DNA from: Asterias rubens
Taxonomy: Eukaryota
Direction: 5' to 3'
DNA: 64,000 bases
Assembly (NCBI RefSeq): GCF_902459465.1
Contig: NC_047076.1
Location: 11,842,001-11,906,000, forward strand
Positions within the stretch are counted from its first letter, which is position 1. Each line of letters starts with the position of its first letter. This document shows positions 13,771 through 27,686 of this stretch, piece by piece. Position numbers and translations under genes: made by a program. A model generated the notes under the pieces. That model saw only the letters and a list, made by a program, of their open reading frames with translations. It was not told where the DNA came from and ran no database searches.

Positions 13771-14119
13771 TTAAAGGGAAGGTACACGCTTGGTAATTAC
13801 TCAAAACAAATATTAACTTAAACATTGACTTGGTAACGAGCATTGGGGGAGCTGTTGGTAGTATAAAACCTTGTGGGAAACGACTCCCTCTGAAGCAACG
13901 TAGTTTTTGAGAACGAGATAATTTCTCACTAAAATAATAAAAGACTTCTAGCTAGAAGTCTTTTATTCCTATCTGAAAGCACACAAATTCGTCCAACAAG
14001 GGTGTTTTTTCTTTTATCATTTTCACAGGCTTGTTATTTTATGCTTGTGATGGGATACACCAAGTGAGAAGACTGGTCTTTGACAATTCCCAAACGTGTA
14101 CGTTGTACCTTCCCTTTAA
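13771..14119. mobile_element. TTAA MITE, variant subfamily with AGGGAAGGTACAC ends
   Basis: TTAAAGGGAAGGTACACG ... TGTACCTTCCCTTTAA. A similar copy lies at 25689-26047. Confidence 0.8.
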
Positions 14120-14131
14120 CTTATACAGAAA

Positions 14132-14831
14132 GGTAACAGTACAGCAAGCGAAACTACATGAATAGTTTGAATAGTGAAGTAAGTGAACATTTATAACACA
14201 CCGTGACTTTTGACTTGACACTTCTGGCGAGACTGAGAATTTATAATTGTATGTATGGTCCATTGGTTGGCCTAGAATCAACCCGTGGCACCCACAGCAA
14301 TTGCCTTGGTGCCCTGTGCATACAAATTAACATTGTCCTCATAAAGGTGCCCCTAACCATGGAGCAAAATCAAATCCCACATGAAGAGCAAAATTGTTCC
14401 GCCCATTCAAGAGGGAAGTTTAAAGATAACAAGTAATACTTTTAAGGGAAGCTTTCTACCATCAATACCTTCAAACTGTGCAAGTTTAATGTTAACATTG
14501 TCCTACAAAAAGTACCCAGACCCTTTAATTCACACAGTATGGTAACAGAACAGCAAGCAGAACTACATGTACATTAATAATAATAGCTATTTAAGTGAAC
14601 ATTTATAACGCACCATGTCTGTCCGACTTGACAATCCTGGCAAGACTCAGAATCAGACCTGTATGTCCACTTTCAAAAGCTTGCTCGAAATAAACCATGG
14701 CACCCACGGCAATTGCTGTGGTGCCCCCCGTGTGCATCTAAATTGACAAATTGTCCTCATATAATGTAGGTGCCCCTAACCAGAGCAAAATCACATTCCG
14801 TATACAGAGCAAAACTTGAATGCCCGCTCAA
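14132..14831. repeat. Old local tandem duplication, about 280-290 bp x2
   Basis: GGTAACAG.ACAGCAAGC...GGTGCCCCTAACC...GAGCAAAA at 14132-14410 and 14541-14831. Confidence 0.75.
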
Positions 14832-15127
14832 TAAGGCATGCATAATTAAGTACCTTGTCTTAATAAAACTGGAAACTGGAAATAATCTAAATTAATCAAA
14901 CTGAGCAGAACAAATGGATCAAGAATAAAAGCTCTACATCAACTATTACACAGGACTTCCATTGCTCGAACAGATTTTGGTGGTCTTGTTTTTAAAAAAA
15001 TTCAACATCTTTGTCTCAAAAGAATGATGTTCAAATGTTGAGTTTGAGTCTCACAAAAAAATTATATCTTTCAATCCTGCTGAGTATGACCGACAAAACA
15101 GAAGAGAAATCTTCTCTTACATTAGTA

Positions 15128-15471
15128 TTAAAGACAATGGACACTAGTGGTAATTGTCAAAGAACAGTCTTCTCACTTCGTGTATCTCAACATATGCATA
15201 AAATAACAAACCTGTGGAAATTTGAGCTATAATCACACGAAGTTCTGTGCTTTCAGATGATTGATTTTGAAACCTCAATATCTAAACCTGAGGTCTCGAA
15301 ATCAAATTCGTGGAAAAAGACTTCTTTCTAAAAAATTACGTTACTTCAGAGGGAGCCGTTTCTCACAATGTTTTACACTATCAACAGCTCCCAATTACTT
15401 GTTACCAGGTAAGGTTTCATGCTAACAACTTTTTTGAGTACGTATTTACCAATAGTGTACAATACCTTTAA
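15128..15471. mobile_element. Main TTAA MITE copy
   Basis: Terminal inverted repeats, TTAA flanks and the shared body. Confidence 0.8.
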
Positions 15472-17284
15472 TGAAACAGTTTAGATTATAAAACCCGTGT
15501 TCTCATTTTGATTCAAGTCTCTTTTTCTCTTTTCATTTCGATTGTGGTTTTGGTATTGTCAATAAATTTGGTATGCCTTTTTGTCCTAATCCGTTTGTGT
15601 TGTTCTTTTTTATTTGCTTGCTTGAAAACCGTGCAATTATTTGTTCTAGTAGACACATTGTCCCAAGCCAGTTCACTTTTAATTTGTATCCTTTTAATTA
15701 TTCTATTTTGTGGCGCGTAATCTGTATTTTAAACATAATTCAAGCATAAATTGGCTGTGAAGTTTGAGTATTATAAATAAACCTATACTATCAACTATAA
15801 TAAATTAAATCCAGTAAAGTTTCTGAACTACAAGTGAACCAGTGTCTTTGAGCGCTGATTTAAACCATGATTGGATACGATAATCTAATGTAATGTATGT
15901 TCCTTTTAATAATGTTCTGGAGCATCTCCACAGCTTCTCATCAGCTCTATTTGGGGACTAATGCAGTGAGTTAATATTCAACAAGGACACAAAGATTAAA
16001 GTGGATGATGTTGATGGGTTTTTTTAGCTGCCATGGCAACATGTTAATGCCAGGCGATTTTCTCTGGACGTTTTTATTTATTAATTTTTTTTTTTTTTTA
16101 TCTTCAAGGGTAATATCATAAATAGCTTGGCCAAATTTCATTCAGCTTTTTTACTGTCAGACCCAGCTTGCTTAGCAGAGGCAATTTACCAGCCAGAATA
16201 CTGTTTCTTGCTGGTTTCCAGCTACTTTCTGCTTAGCAGAACCATGAACAATGTGCTGTCAGCCAGTGTCAACACAATTGGGCCATGAAGGTAGAATTCT
16301 ACCTCCATGATTGGGCAAAGCGAAACAAATCATGTAATAAAAAAAGACTAACACTACAAGCAAAATACATTGCCAGTGGGGAATTTCAGGGGCACCAAAG
16401 CAATGACCAGGGGGCACAGAGGCAATCGCCTTTGTTGCCTCTTTGGAGTATTTGGCCTGAATATATTTATAGTTAACTAGTATCAACTCTCTGTGATTGT
16501 GTTATAATTGTCACTACAGACAGAATACATCCTAAGAAGTTCTCATGTAAGGTGTCACAGTGGTCAATGCGTTCTTCGATCCAAAGATGTGACAATGTTG
16601 TTAACCAATGAATAACTGATGCCTGGGTGATGAAAAGGGCATCACCTTCAGTGAACATGTCAATCAATAACAGTCTGGCCCCTTGCACCTGTTGTTGGAT
16701 GATAATGGAGAGGTTCCCCAATAGTTACTGTAGTCACTTTAAATCAGTGGTTGAGGTGAACATTTTTAACACTAACAGATTGTCAGGCCCTGAAATAACC
16801 ACAGCACCCACAGTTATGCTGAGGCGCCCTGTGCCTGTTGCATAGTTCCAATACAATTTTACGTTTTACTCATATAGGGTGCCCCTTATCAGAGGAAAAT
16901 TGCCGTGCCCCTCCAAGATCCAGGGGTCAATTTCACAAAGATAGTCCTAACTTAGAACTGGTCCTAGGAGTTATTTAAAAAACTTAAGCCTAGCCTTCAA
17001 TAAGGCGGAGTTTGATTTCGAGACCTCAAAATTAGATTTTGAGGTCTCAAAATCATGCATATATGTTGAGATACACCAAGAGAGAAGACTGGTCTTTGAC
17101 AATTACCAATAGTGTCTCGAAATCAAGCATCTGAAAGCATCTGTGTCCCTTTTGTTACTATCTCGCAACTTCGACGTCCAATTTAGCTCAAATTTTCACA
17201 GGTTTGTTATTTTATGCATATGTTGAGATACACCAAGAGAGAAGACTGGTCTTTGACAATTACCAATAGTGTCCAGTGTCTTTA

Positions 17285-17465
17285 AAAAGCAGGACAGTGC
17301 TTTTCAGAACTGAGAAGTCTCCAGAACAATCAGATAATTCTACTCCGCAGACATATGGAAAGACAGTTCTCTAAAGAAAAAAACTCTACCTGGCAAGTAG
17401 ATTCACACATGGTCATACTGCAAACCAAACATATATTGATACCTCACCACGCAATGCCTCAAATC
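17285..17465 (+). mobile_element. Penelope pLTR 3' fragment
   Basis: AAAAGCAGGACAGT..TTTTCAGAACTGAGAAGTCTCC...CCTCACCACGCAATGCCTCAAATC matches the reverse complement of 61119-61290. Confidence 0.75.
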
Positions 17466-19034
17466 ATAAATCTACAGGCGGCAAAATCCCATGGTCGATT
17501 CTCGAGACCTATTTACATGTATCACACAATCACTATGCATAATTTCCACCACTCTTCATAATACAAGACATCTCTTCTACTCTACTTACAATTTCATGTG
17601 TCCTTACAAGACCTACATTTATAATACACTAGACTCTCTAGAAGACGTGCGGACCCAAATTGTCTGATGTTCTGTAATATAGTTTCAGAAATGGATTTCT
17701 TTGGTTTAGAAGTCAGACTTTAAGACTGCTAGCATCTGTCAGATTCCCACATTGAGGTATAGAAATTCTCAATGTATCCCTGGTCACATTAGATGACATT
17801 ATTTTTTTCGTTTTCTTGTATTCAGCTTTTAGTTTCTTAGAATCCTGATATTTTCCATGTGAGCTACTGTACTTCTATTTGCTGCACTTAAGTTATTGCT
17901 TTTCTACGTAATCAAATAATTTTTCTAGGGCATTGTGATTTGATGTGTTAAATGTTAAGCTGCTAAATGATTACTTTTAGAAACCAAACCAAGGTTAACA
18001 TTTGTTCTTAGTGCAAAGTGTCGTTTGGTTTTTGGATTGTAAGACTCTTTCTTTTCTACATTGTATAAAGTACAATACCAGGCCTACTAAACTGTGAAAA
18101 CTTCCTTTCAAAGGGTAGTAACGTTTTTGAGATCAATCTGAAGGGTTTAAAATCCATGCAGAAAGAATACTCTGTAATTGGAATCTACAATCATAGACAG
18201 GTTTGATTCAGAAATATTTCTCAGATTGACATTTTGTTGAATCCCTCTCTAAAACAACATTCATTTGAAGGGAATTGTTTCTCAAAATGTAAAAATATGA
18301 ACAGTTGCAGTGCTTCATTTGTGTAAATGTTTTGGAGTAACATGTAGTAACTATGAAAATGAAGGGTACTTCAACAATGACTAAGCCACTGGACTCTTGA
18401 GTATAGTGCCCTCCAACCTGACAAAATGAAATCCAACCAATGTTTTGATATCGTATTTTTCAACCTGTCTTCTGTTAAAAGAAAATGGGAGGATTTCTAG
18501 AAATAAATTATTAAAAGCATGACACACCAACAAATACAATCCTAAGCAATTACGTGTGTGTGTACCTCCCTGTAGTCAGCACCTAAATTATCTTTTCATC
18601 TATATTGATTTATTGGATTTTAATTTTTTTTTTAAAGGTTTATTGTAGCGTGCTGTGTTGTGGTTGTCCTGGTGTTGATGATTCTGAAAGCCCTGTTTAC
18701 AAATGATAAATGAAACCATAGAAATGACCCCTAGAGTAAACAACATACACAAAGGTTTGTTACAGTACTTTCGGACCCTGGCTCCAAGCCTTAAGTTTCA
18801 ACCGAAAGTTTACACGGTTGAATTTCCCCGTATCCATGGTGTGGTGTTAAGACCCTACTCCCCAAGCTTGGGCTTATTGATTTTTCCAGAAGGATAGCGG
18901 ACAATAGAAGGGCCAGCAGGACAATTTGCCAAAGGAAAACCCTCTCTATTGATCGAGGTGGGTAAGGAAACACCAGGGACAAACAAAGTGTTCATGTACA
19001 CAGACTGTCATTATTAAAAGTAGCCCATCCTCCC

Positions 19035-19420
19035 TTAAAGGCCCTGGCCACTATTGGTAAATACTCAAAATAATTGTGAGCATAAAAACTTACTTGGTAT
19101 CAAGTAATGGAGAGCTGTTGATAGCATCAAATATTGTGAGAAACGGCTACCTCTGAAGTTAATTTTTGAGAAAGAAGTAATTTTCCACTATAACCCTAAC
19201 CATCAAAAGGGTCCATTTGAATTGATTTTGAGACCTCACCAAGCATCTGAAAGCACACAACTTGTGCGAAAAGGGTGCTTTTCCTTTCATTATTATCTCG
19301 CAACTTCGAAGACCAATGGAGCTCAAATTTTCACAGGTTTATTATTTTATGCATATGTTGAGATACACCAAGTGAGAAGGCGGGTCTTTGACAATTACCA
19401 AAGGTGTCGAGTACCTTTAA
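19035..19420. mobile_element. Main TTAA MITE copy with a 25-bp flanking duplication
   Basis: TTAAAAGTAGCCCATCCTCCCTTAA occurs at both 19014-19038 and 19417-19441. Confidence 0.85.
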
Positions 19421-21401
19421 AAGTAGCCCATCCTCCCTTAAGGGTATAGGAGTAACTAAGCAAGCGAGACAATCCTTGTCCTTCTAATCAACATCTCTAC
19501 TTATTAGGCTTAGGAATAATCTTATCTTGGAGATTATGTCATCAATAGGGGCTGGGCTTTTGAAAATAGCTACATGTAGTTTGACGTCATGCGAAGTTGT
19601 AAGACATCCTGGGGATACTGGGATATCATTTTAATGAAGCGTCTTTATTTTGGAGGGATTTTTTGATTAGCTAAAATGGTCTGTTGTGGACAATTCACAA
19701 ACCATTTTGAAACTCAGCATCTGCTAACAATTCAAATCCAGGTTGATTGGATATAACTGTCTAAAAAAACTTAAAGATTTGGGTGATTTAAACCTTTCGA
19801 ACCACAAAAGACGATCAATACAACTTTCAATTATTGATTTTTTAACTCAGCACATTTAAAGAAAAAAAGGATCACACACCTCACAATAATACAGGACCCA
19901 ACTTTACTAAAATGTCTTCAATGTGTCAGTAGATCTCAGGTCTTGCAAGTAATTAAATCATTGTTGCTACGAAAGTTTATTCAGATTTTTATGTAATTTA
20001 TTTAGTAGATTTGTGCTACCAGTGCTTCCTTACTTGTACAATAGAAGTAGTGGAAGAAAATCCACTTGGACAACACCTACAAATCAAAATCTTTTAAATA
20101 TTCGCTGAATTTTTATGGGGTTTGAGAAAGTACACCAAAAGTACGAACAAAAACCAGGCTGTGGGGCTTGTACGGTTGCTGTAGGGTATTCTCGCCCGCC
20201 CCAATGACAACAATATTTGAAATATTTGCTGAAATGTTATGAGTTTTGGGAAGTTACACCAAAAGTATGAACAAATACTAGGCTATACAACTTGTACATT
20301 TCTGGCAGTGTATTATTGCCCACCCCAATGACAAAAGTGACTCCGGCAGTGCGTTCTCTACAAATTGGTTACAAGTGGGTTTTTTCCAGGAAGAAAAGGT
20401 GGAATAGAGTTAAGTAAATATGTCACTGTCCTTGCCTACTACCCACCTTGGCATTACTTAAAACACCTACACTTCCTCATTCGCTTTTATACCCTAAGGT
20501 TACAAGAAGAAACGCAAATAATTGTTCTACTGAAGAGGGAGTTTTTCTTGTTTACTTTTGTCTCCTCTGAGTGGCTCCTACCTCAGGTGGCATTTAAGCC
20601 CTGTTTTGTGTCTAGTTCGGAAAGCCATTTTTTAATTGGCTTAAGTCCAATTTGCTCTAGAGAAATATTTCAATTGAGTTTTCCTATCACAAGCAACTCA
20701 AGTAAAATGTGTGGAACATTGGTAAAATAATTAAATCTGGCAGGTAAAATATAAAATAAAAACAACTTGATTATTATTTCTAAAGTGAAACTAGATTCCT
20801 ATATGGCTTGGGTGTAAAAATACATGCTGCTTTCTTTTGATCCACTCTAAAGAGTCAATATTTGTTCAACTTAATTTTATTTTATTGATTGATTTATTAA
20901 TTTATTTGTTTAATCCACCCACCTTATTTTTCATTAAAATTACAAATTTCGCCGTTTTATCAAATTTCAGTAGAATCAATAATTGTAGCTAATTCTAATG
21001 GTTGTTTAGTTAATTTTTCACAAGCTTTATCAATAATTGAACATAGGGTCTATAATTATCACAAGACGACATTGTACTAGATTTTAATTGAATACCATCA
21101 AATTACATCACGGTTCGGTAGAAAAAATATAATTGGCAACACACATTCAACAATCTTGACATAAATATTTCTGTTGTATGGGTTCGTATTTATAAATAAG
21201 TTAAAAATAACCTCAGTCTCAGGCGGTCTTGTAGTTGTACGTGTACGATGAAATTAAGTTCTGCGCAGCATTTTCAGTGGAACAAAAATATTTCTAACCC
21301 AAGAACTGAATTTCATTTTAATTCTTTCTGTGGATATTCAAACTTAAAAGCTTAAATTACAAAATATTTAGTAAATCTCAATAGGGACACCGCCAATATA
21401 G

Positions 21402-21548
21402 GGCTAGATAGCTCAGTTGGTAGAGCGCCGGCACGATAATCCGGAGGTCTTTGGTTCAAATCAAACACTAGTCAATTCTTTGTTCAACCTCACAAATCAT
21501 TTCAAAATTTACCCAGTCAGTTTCCCTTGTGGTTTATATTGATATAAA
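21402..21548 (+). mobile_element. tRNA-derived SINE
   Basis: A box TAGCTCAGTTGG and B box GGTTCAAATC, followed by a non-tRNA tail (CAATTCTTTGTTCAACC...TACCCAGTCAGTTTCCCTTGTGG) shared with copies at 44533-44640 (+) and 44840-44935 (-). Confidence 0.8.
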
Positions 21549-22101
21549 TCTCAACTAATGTTTAGAAAGACTGTCAGACTTGTTCAGTTGTGGAGTTACT
21601 AGCCCAATGCTAAAATTATTGGACCCTGGCAAGTTGAGTATTTTAAAATGCAGGCCCGGAATTTCATCTTTGTGAGGGCAAGGCCATTTTCATTTAATAT
21701 AAAAGGCACTTCCATCCATTAGAACATTTTGAAGTCTACAGGATAGTTTTGAAGGGGCACCAAGGCTAAGACCCAGGCCCAATTTCATAGAGCTGCTAAG
21801 CACAAAAATTTGCTTAGCATAAAATTTCTTCCTTGGTAGAAACAGGTTTACAAACCAAATTTCCGTTTGTTTCATATTGCTTGTTACTGGTATTCAGCTG
21901 TTAATTGCTTATCTCGAACATCACATGGAAATTTGCTTGGTAATCCTGTGTTTACCAAGGAAGAAATTTCATGCTATAAGCAAATTTTTGTGCTTAGCAG
22001 CTCTATGAAATTGGGCCCTGGGCAACAGAGGACATAGCCATTGTAAAATTCCAGGCCTGAAAATGTTTAAACAAAAATAAATTGAGAAATGGTTAACTCA
22101 C

Positions 22102-23130
22102 CTGTTTCCATAGAAATGTGTCCATATAATTCTTGGCAATGGCGCAAATGATATGAATGACGGCAAAGGATAAGCCACTTATAACTGCCAGACGCATCCT
22201 GATCGGTAACAGTGTGTAAACCATGTAAATGAAGAAAAGCGTCGTCCAAACTCCTTTAGATGCCGAGCGCGGATACGCATCCAATACGTCGATGATGGTA
22301 ACAGCTGCTAACGAAACGATAACAATGTAGCAGTCAACGCTGAGCTGGAACTGGCTAAATGCACTCCGGTAGCACAGAGCGAGCATGACGCAAAACACAA
22401 TAATTAGAAAACCTAGTAAAATCCCCTTGACCGGAAGTATTAACCCAGGTACGTAATGAAAGACGATCATCACAATGAGAATAATGATGATCAGAATCAA
22501 AAGGTTTGTCAGGGAACTCTTGTTCAAGCTGAAGAAATAACGCTGATAAAGTTGCTCCAGCTGCTGCGATTTAAACTTCTTGGACTTGAATACCTTTGAG
22601 ATTCCTTTGATGGATTCCATGCACGATGAGCCGCGTCGCGTCTCGTCGCGCTCTCGTACCCCCCGACCGTTCACTTCCTGAAGTTCAACAGATCGGACTT
22701 GGACATCTCCGTTCTTCCCCATCTCGGCGGTTATCTTCCCCGGTCGCATCTTACCGGGCTTCTTCTCTTCGTGCATCCCCGCATCTTTTGGCTCTGTCGC
22801 ATCCCAGGCTGACTTCCGGCTTTTACTTGATGTAGCACTGGCGGGTCTCTGGTGATTCTTACTGGTGCCCCCGGGCGGCATGGTTCTGTTTATCTCGCCC
22901 GTTGAAGGCAAGTCGACGTGATCTATCTCCTCACCACTCTCAGGTCCCACGTCAACTTTGTGTCGTAATTTATGCTGTTTCTTTTTCTTCTCGGCGCTTT
23001 CATCCACGCATAAGGCTTGTTTTTCGTCCTCTTCTTTCCATGCAGTGCGTTGTATGCTGCTCCCACTTGTAGCAGAACCTGGCGCCGACTGGCTCGGGCT
23101 GAGCTCGGCTGTGTTGCTCTGGGCTGACAT
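22102..23130 (-). CDS. ADCY5: Adenylate cyclase type 5/6-like, first coding exon (N-terminus and first TM cluster); remaining exons not recognised in window
   Basis: ORF contains KKFKSQQLEQLYQRYFFSLNKSSLTNLL and WTTLFFIYMVYTLLPIRMRLAVISG, typical of AC5/6. It ends ...WKQ|GTGAGT (phase-0 donor at 22101), matching the LKQ|LVSN boundary I recall for vertebrate ADCY5. 343 codons. A candidate upstream acceptor lies at 23245. Confidence 0.92.
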
Positions 23131-26100
23131 GAGGCTGGCTGGTCACTGCTTCTTGAACGACACTAAGGGATGGCCCGTTGCCAACTACTATACCGCACAC
23201 ACACTCATCATTGACTTGCTAATGCATGGTGATCACTAGGCAGCCTGTAGCACATATAAATAATCAAGGGTTGTCAAACTTTACTACAGATTTTAAATAA
23301 CTTGTGGGTAATGGTTTAAACTAACATTTTCAGGAATTATCTCAAATGAAAATTCAACTTAAAATGTTAATACATTCAGGAACACCTCCATTATAGACAT
23401 CATTGTTGAATGCAGAACTGAATTCAGTTTCCATAATTTTAAATTGACAATGGTCTACATTTTTACAATCCAGATTTAGGATTGGAAGTACAGGTTTTTT
23501 AAGTTTACTGTATTGCTTTAAAAAAAAATACCTCAAATCTAGTTGAAGAAATTCTTAATTAATTGTTTTTAATACAAATTTCATGAGAACCTCCAGTCAC
23601 TGATTTTTTTCGAGACGATTGTCAAATGTCGAGTGCATTGAAATTATTAACAGATTAAGCTTGCTTCCTTCCACGAACAAGACGTTCCCATTTATATTTA
23701 TCAAAAAAACTACTTAACAATAACATACCATAGTTTATTTTATCAGATTCGTGTTCGAAAATAAACAATTTGGGGGGAGGGGGATGGAGTGTGTTTTGCG
23801 AAGTGGTCAAATATTTATTAACTCAACATGCTCAATGTTTTGTGTTGCTATTCGCGTCTTCAACATAGCTACTGACGGCTTCTAACAACACTCTATGCAA
23901 CACGCACGGCAAAGCTCTTAAGCTTTTCACCCGCGATATGTTTTGTGACCCGTAGTCGTACAATTTCACCCGACAAATGCCTGTTTAGCCCCTCTAAAAG
24001 TGGTGACAATCCCACAATTGTGTCAACAAGTTATCTATGTTTTACCTTGAATCCAAATGTAGCATTTCAGCGTCTTTGTGTGGTCTAAAACGGTCCTTTG
24101 GTACGATTTTGCGGTGGTCGTCTGGCGTGTTGATGAGGAGGTGGCCATTTTGTCAGAAACGCAACACATGTATTGTGTATGGACGTTTCACGCACGATAT
24201 TATGCCTTGGTTTAATTATGCGGAGTCTGTGTAGTTTGGTCTCCCCAGAAACGGAGCCAAGCTAAATATTTTTGGCCTCCGTGTCTTCAATTAATTAGCC
24301 TGACGTCATGATTGCATCAACAACTTGTTTGTGTTTTGCGATTAAATTAATTTTACAGTGGGGGGGGGTTCATTTCTTTTATTTAATCTAAGCGTTATAA
24401 TTATTTTAATAATTTAATTATAACTGAACATCCAGGGAAACTGCGAATGATGGGCAGTTTGGAGGAACAATTAACGAGCGCAAAAAATTAACTCCTTCAT
24501 TTCAACATGAATACACATGGCCCATGGGGGAAATACTAATAAAATGAGAAGATATCATTAAAAAAACATGTGTGGGTTTTTGACAAAATAATGATAATTG
24601 GCCGGTGATTACGGCTCTGAATTGGTTGTTGTTGTTTTTTTTGTTTTTTGTTTTTTTTTTTTAATTGAATGGGGGTTTGTCATAACATTATTCCTCCATG
24701 GTCATAAATTGGCTTGCATATAGTTATTATTTGTTGTTTTTGTTTTGTTTGTTGTGGTGTTTTGGGGGTAACCGCGTTTAATTGTTTGTTTAGGTTGCTG
24801 CCGTGTGAATTATTTTTACTATAGAAATAAAAGTTCAAATCCCCTTTTTGGGGGGTTTGCAAATGATTATTGAACCCCATGCAGCCCCCCCCCCACCCCA
24901 AAATTTGTATTTTTAATTTTTAATTAACTATGCTTTGCCCGGTCTAGAATTTGTTGTATCACTGCCCTTTTCGAGGGTATATTCATTCTCCTTTAACAAA
25001 ACCGAGCAAGATTATTTTTCGTTTCAGGGAATTTATAATAATATAAAATTTGGAGAAGTTTGCCTTATCAACCTTACAGAATACTGGGATTAAACAATTT
25101 CAAAACGTATCAAAGTCCCATTTAATTTGTTGTACGACCACAGTGCGATGTGTTTTCGTTTTAATAATAACTACCAAGAACATTTTGCGATTTTATAAAT
25201 TAATCAGGTAAATAATAAATTAATGGTAACATTTTGCGAAAAGTCTCCGAAGTGACCAAAAATAAAACTTTAAAGAGCCCGCCTCGAAACTCGGTTGAGT
25301 GGGCGCAGAGTGGACGTCATAAACAGCGCCACCTTGTGGTCAAAGGCAGGATAAACTAAACTCATGCAACCTATCTATAAATCAAAACGGTGAATTAAAT
25401 AAACAAAAACATAGGCCTACATGTTTTAAAAACCCTGGTGATGATCAAAATCTCGTTTTTATTAGTAGAAGGTTTTCTTTTATCTTTCAAAACTGGGAAA
25501 ATTGGACTTGCACAATGAAGTCTGGCAAAGTAACCTGCCATTTACTTTTTTTCAAACTCTACTGAAGGTACTTTATCATAATTGCTTCTCTCCTCCCATG
25601 AGCACAAGAGTACCAGTGAGAGCTTGAGATTATTAACTTGCGATAGACTGGCATCATTTCCATGGGGAATAGAAATATCCTCAACTGTTTAACGGGAAGG
25701 TACACGTTTGGTAACTACTCAAAACAAATTTATTAACTTAATAACTGACTTAGTAACGATCATTGGGGAGCTGTTGATAGCATAAAACATCTGAAGTAAC
25801 CTGGTTTTGTAGAAAAAGGAAATTTCTCACTTAAATATTAAAAGACTTCTAACTCTTTTATTCCTGTCTGGAAGCACACAAATTCGTTCAACAAGGGTAT
25901 TTTTTTTCTATCATAATTTTCTCGCAACTTCGATGACCAATTGAGCCCAAATTTTCACAGGCTTGTTCTTTTATGGTGTTAACGGGATACACCAAGTGAG
26001 AACACTGGTCTTTGACAATTATTACCAAACGTGTACAGTGCCTTTCATGCCAATAAAACCGGATATAAACACCGGCCTGAAGAGCCATAATTGGCTCAGG

Positions 26101-26419
26101 GAAATATACACAAATTCACCATCAAACAATAAGCTTGCACACACTTCATTATCAATAAGTTCATGTGTTTATTAGCATCCTCCTTTGGAATAGAAAAATC
26201 TATACTATTTAAAAAAACAATATATAAAGATTTCATACAAACAATTATATACTTCTGTGTCAAAAACTTGTTTTGACACAAAAATGAATGTGCGTGCACG
26301 ATTCATCGATTTAATTGTTGATTATTTCTCATACAGCACAACTAGATCTGATGTCAGAAATGAGAGGATATCTTAACATTTTTATTTGATGTACAAGGAA
26401 AATCCCAATTGGGAGAAAC

Positions 26420-26535
26420 CCACTCAATCAGGTACAGACTGAAAACCCAAACCACACGCAAGGCATGTGAGGTGGGATTCGAACCGGGGTCCACCGAGGT
26501 GAAAGGCTAGAAAAGTAACCACTGAGCCAACCTGA
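26420..26535 (-). mobile_element. tRNA-derived SINE head, second family
   Basis: The minus strand reads GGTTGGCTCAGTGG (A box) ... GGTTCGAATCCCACC (B box), followed by TTTTCAGTCTGTACCTG. Related tails occur near 720-795 and 37790-37930. Confidence 0.65.
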
Positions 26536-27686
26536 TCCCTTATTTATATGATGTATATATTTGTTTAACACCAGCTGATCTGATGATCTGAAGGAACTAA
26601 GGCATGAGAAAAGGGGGTGTGTGACAACAAATAAGGGAATCAATGTGTTGTGAAGAGGTTTTCAACTAGTGGTTTAATCCCAACGAGGCCTGGTTCTTGA
26701 TAATTTTACGAAGTCGAGGTAAATAAATTATCAAGAACCAGGCCTCGGCGGGTTGAAACCACTAGTTGAAAACCGATTCAACACACTTTGATTCCCATTC
26801 ATGAATACCTTTTTTGGTAAAAAACATCAAAAATTTTGGGTCAAAAAGTAAAATAAATGCAAAAATTATAATTGTTCAATGATTTCTTTCAACACAACAC
26901 CCCTCCAGCTATGAAATGGTAAAGCCCTCCGTTGCCCTCGGGTAAACAATACAACTCCTTATAAGGGAATGCTGTGCGCGTCGCGCGTATCGCGTGATGT
27001 GGCACGACTGTTTCAGCTGTTACTTTCGACCAATAGGAATGAAGAAACTGTCTTATAAGAACAGGTGCAAGCTCGCGTGTCATGCCCATGTTTCAACACT
27101 TTTTACTGGTCATAAACAAAGGTTTATACACACCTACATGACGCGCTCTCCACCAATAGGAACAGCGAAACTGTCTGAGGTATTTATGAATTAAGAAATT
27201 GAAGGCGGAGGACACTTTTGGTAGTTACTCAAAATAATTATTAGCATAAAACCTTACTTGGTAACAGCTAATGAGGAGCTATTGATGGTATAAAACATTG
27301 TGAGAAACCGCTCCCTCTGAAGTGGCGTGGTTTTTGAGAAAGAAGTCATTTTCCACGAATTTGATTTCGAGACCTCAGATTTAGAATTTGAGGTCTCGAA
27401 ATCAAGCATTTGAAACCACACAACTTAGTGTGACAAGGGAGTTTTTTCTTTCATTATTATCTTGCAACTTCGACAACCGATTGTGCTCAAATTTTCACAG
27501 GTTTGTTATTTTGTGCATATGTTGAGTGTGTGGGGCAGGTTCTGGCGCTTCTACCATGAATTGTCCAGTGCTCAGTCTGAATACAAGTAGACTGGCGTAT
27601 CAGCCCCTTCATCTGAAGCCTTTCCCATTGTGCACCGGCATAACCAGAGAAGGGGGGGGGGTAGAGGGCAGTTTACGGCTCTTAAT

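Noticed and set aside
16520-16645. LDL-receptor class A-like peptide (FSC..SGQCV...RCDNVVN...GDE)
   Set aside because: It needs at least two or three frameshifts, lacks several cysteines and has no partner exons; it could be chance or a very old relic.
21402-21475. Possible tRNA gene
   Set aside because: It has A and B boxes but a poor acceptor stem and T-arm, and is followed by a tail shared with other dispersed copies, so it is a SINE rather than a tRNA.
1-22101. Further ADCY5 exons
   Set aside because: No sequence resembling exon 2 (L..N..IF...N..G....E..QR.AF.ETR) was recognised by eye. The region is treated as intron, and small exons could have been missed.
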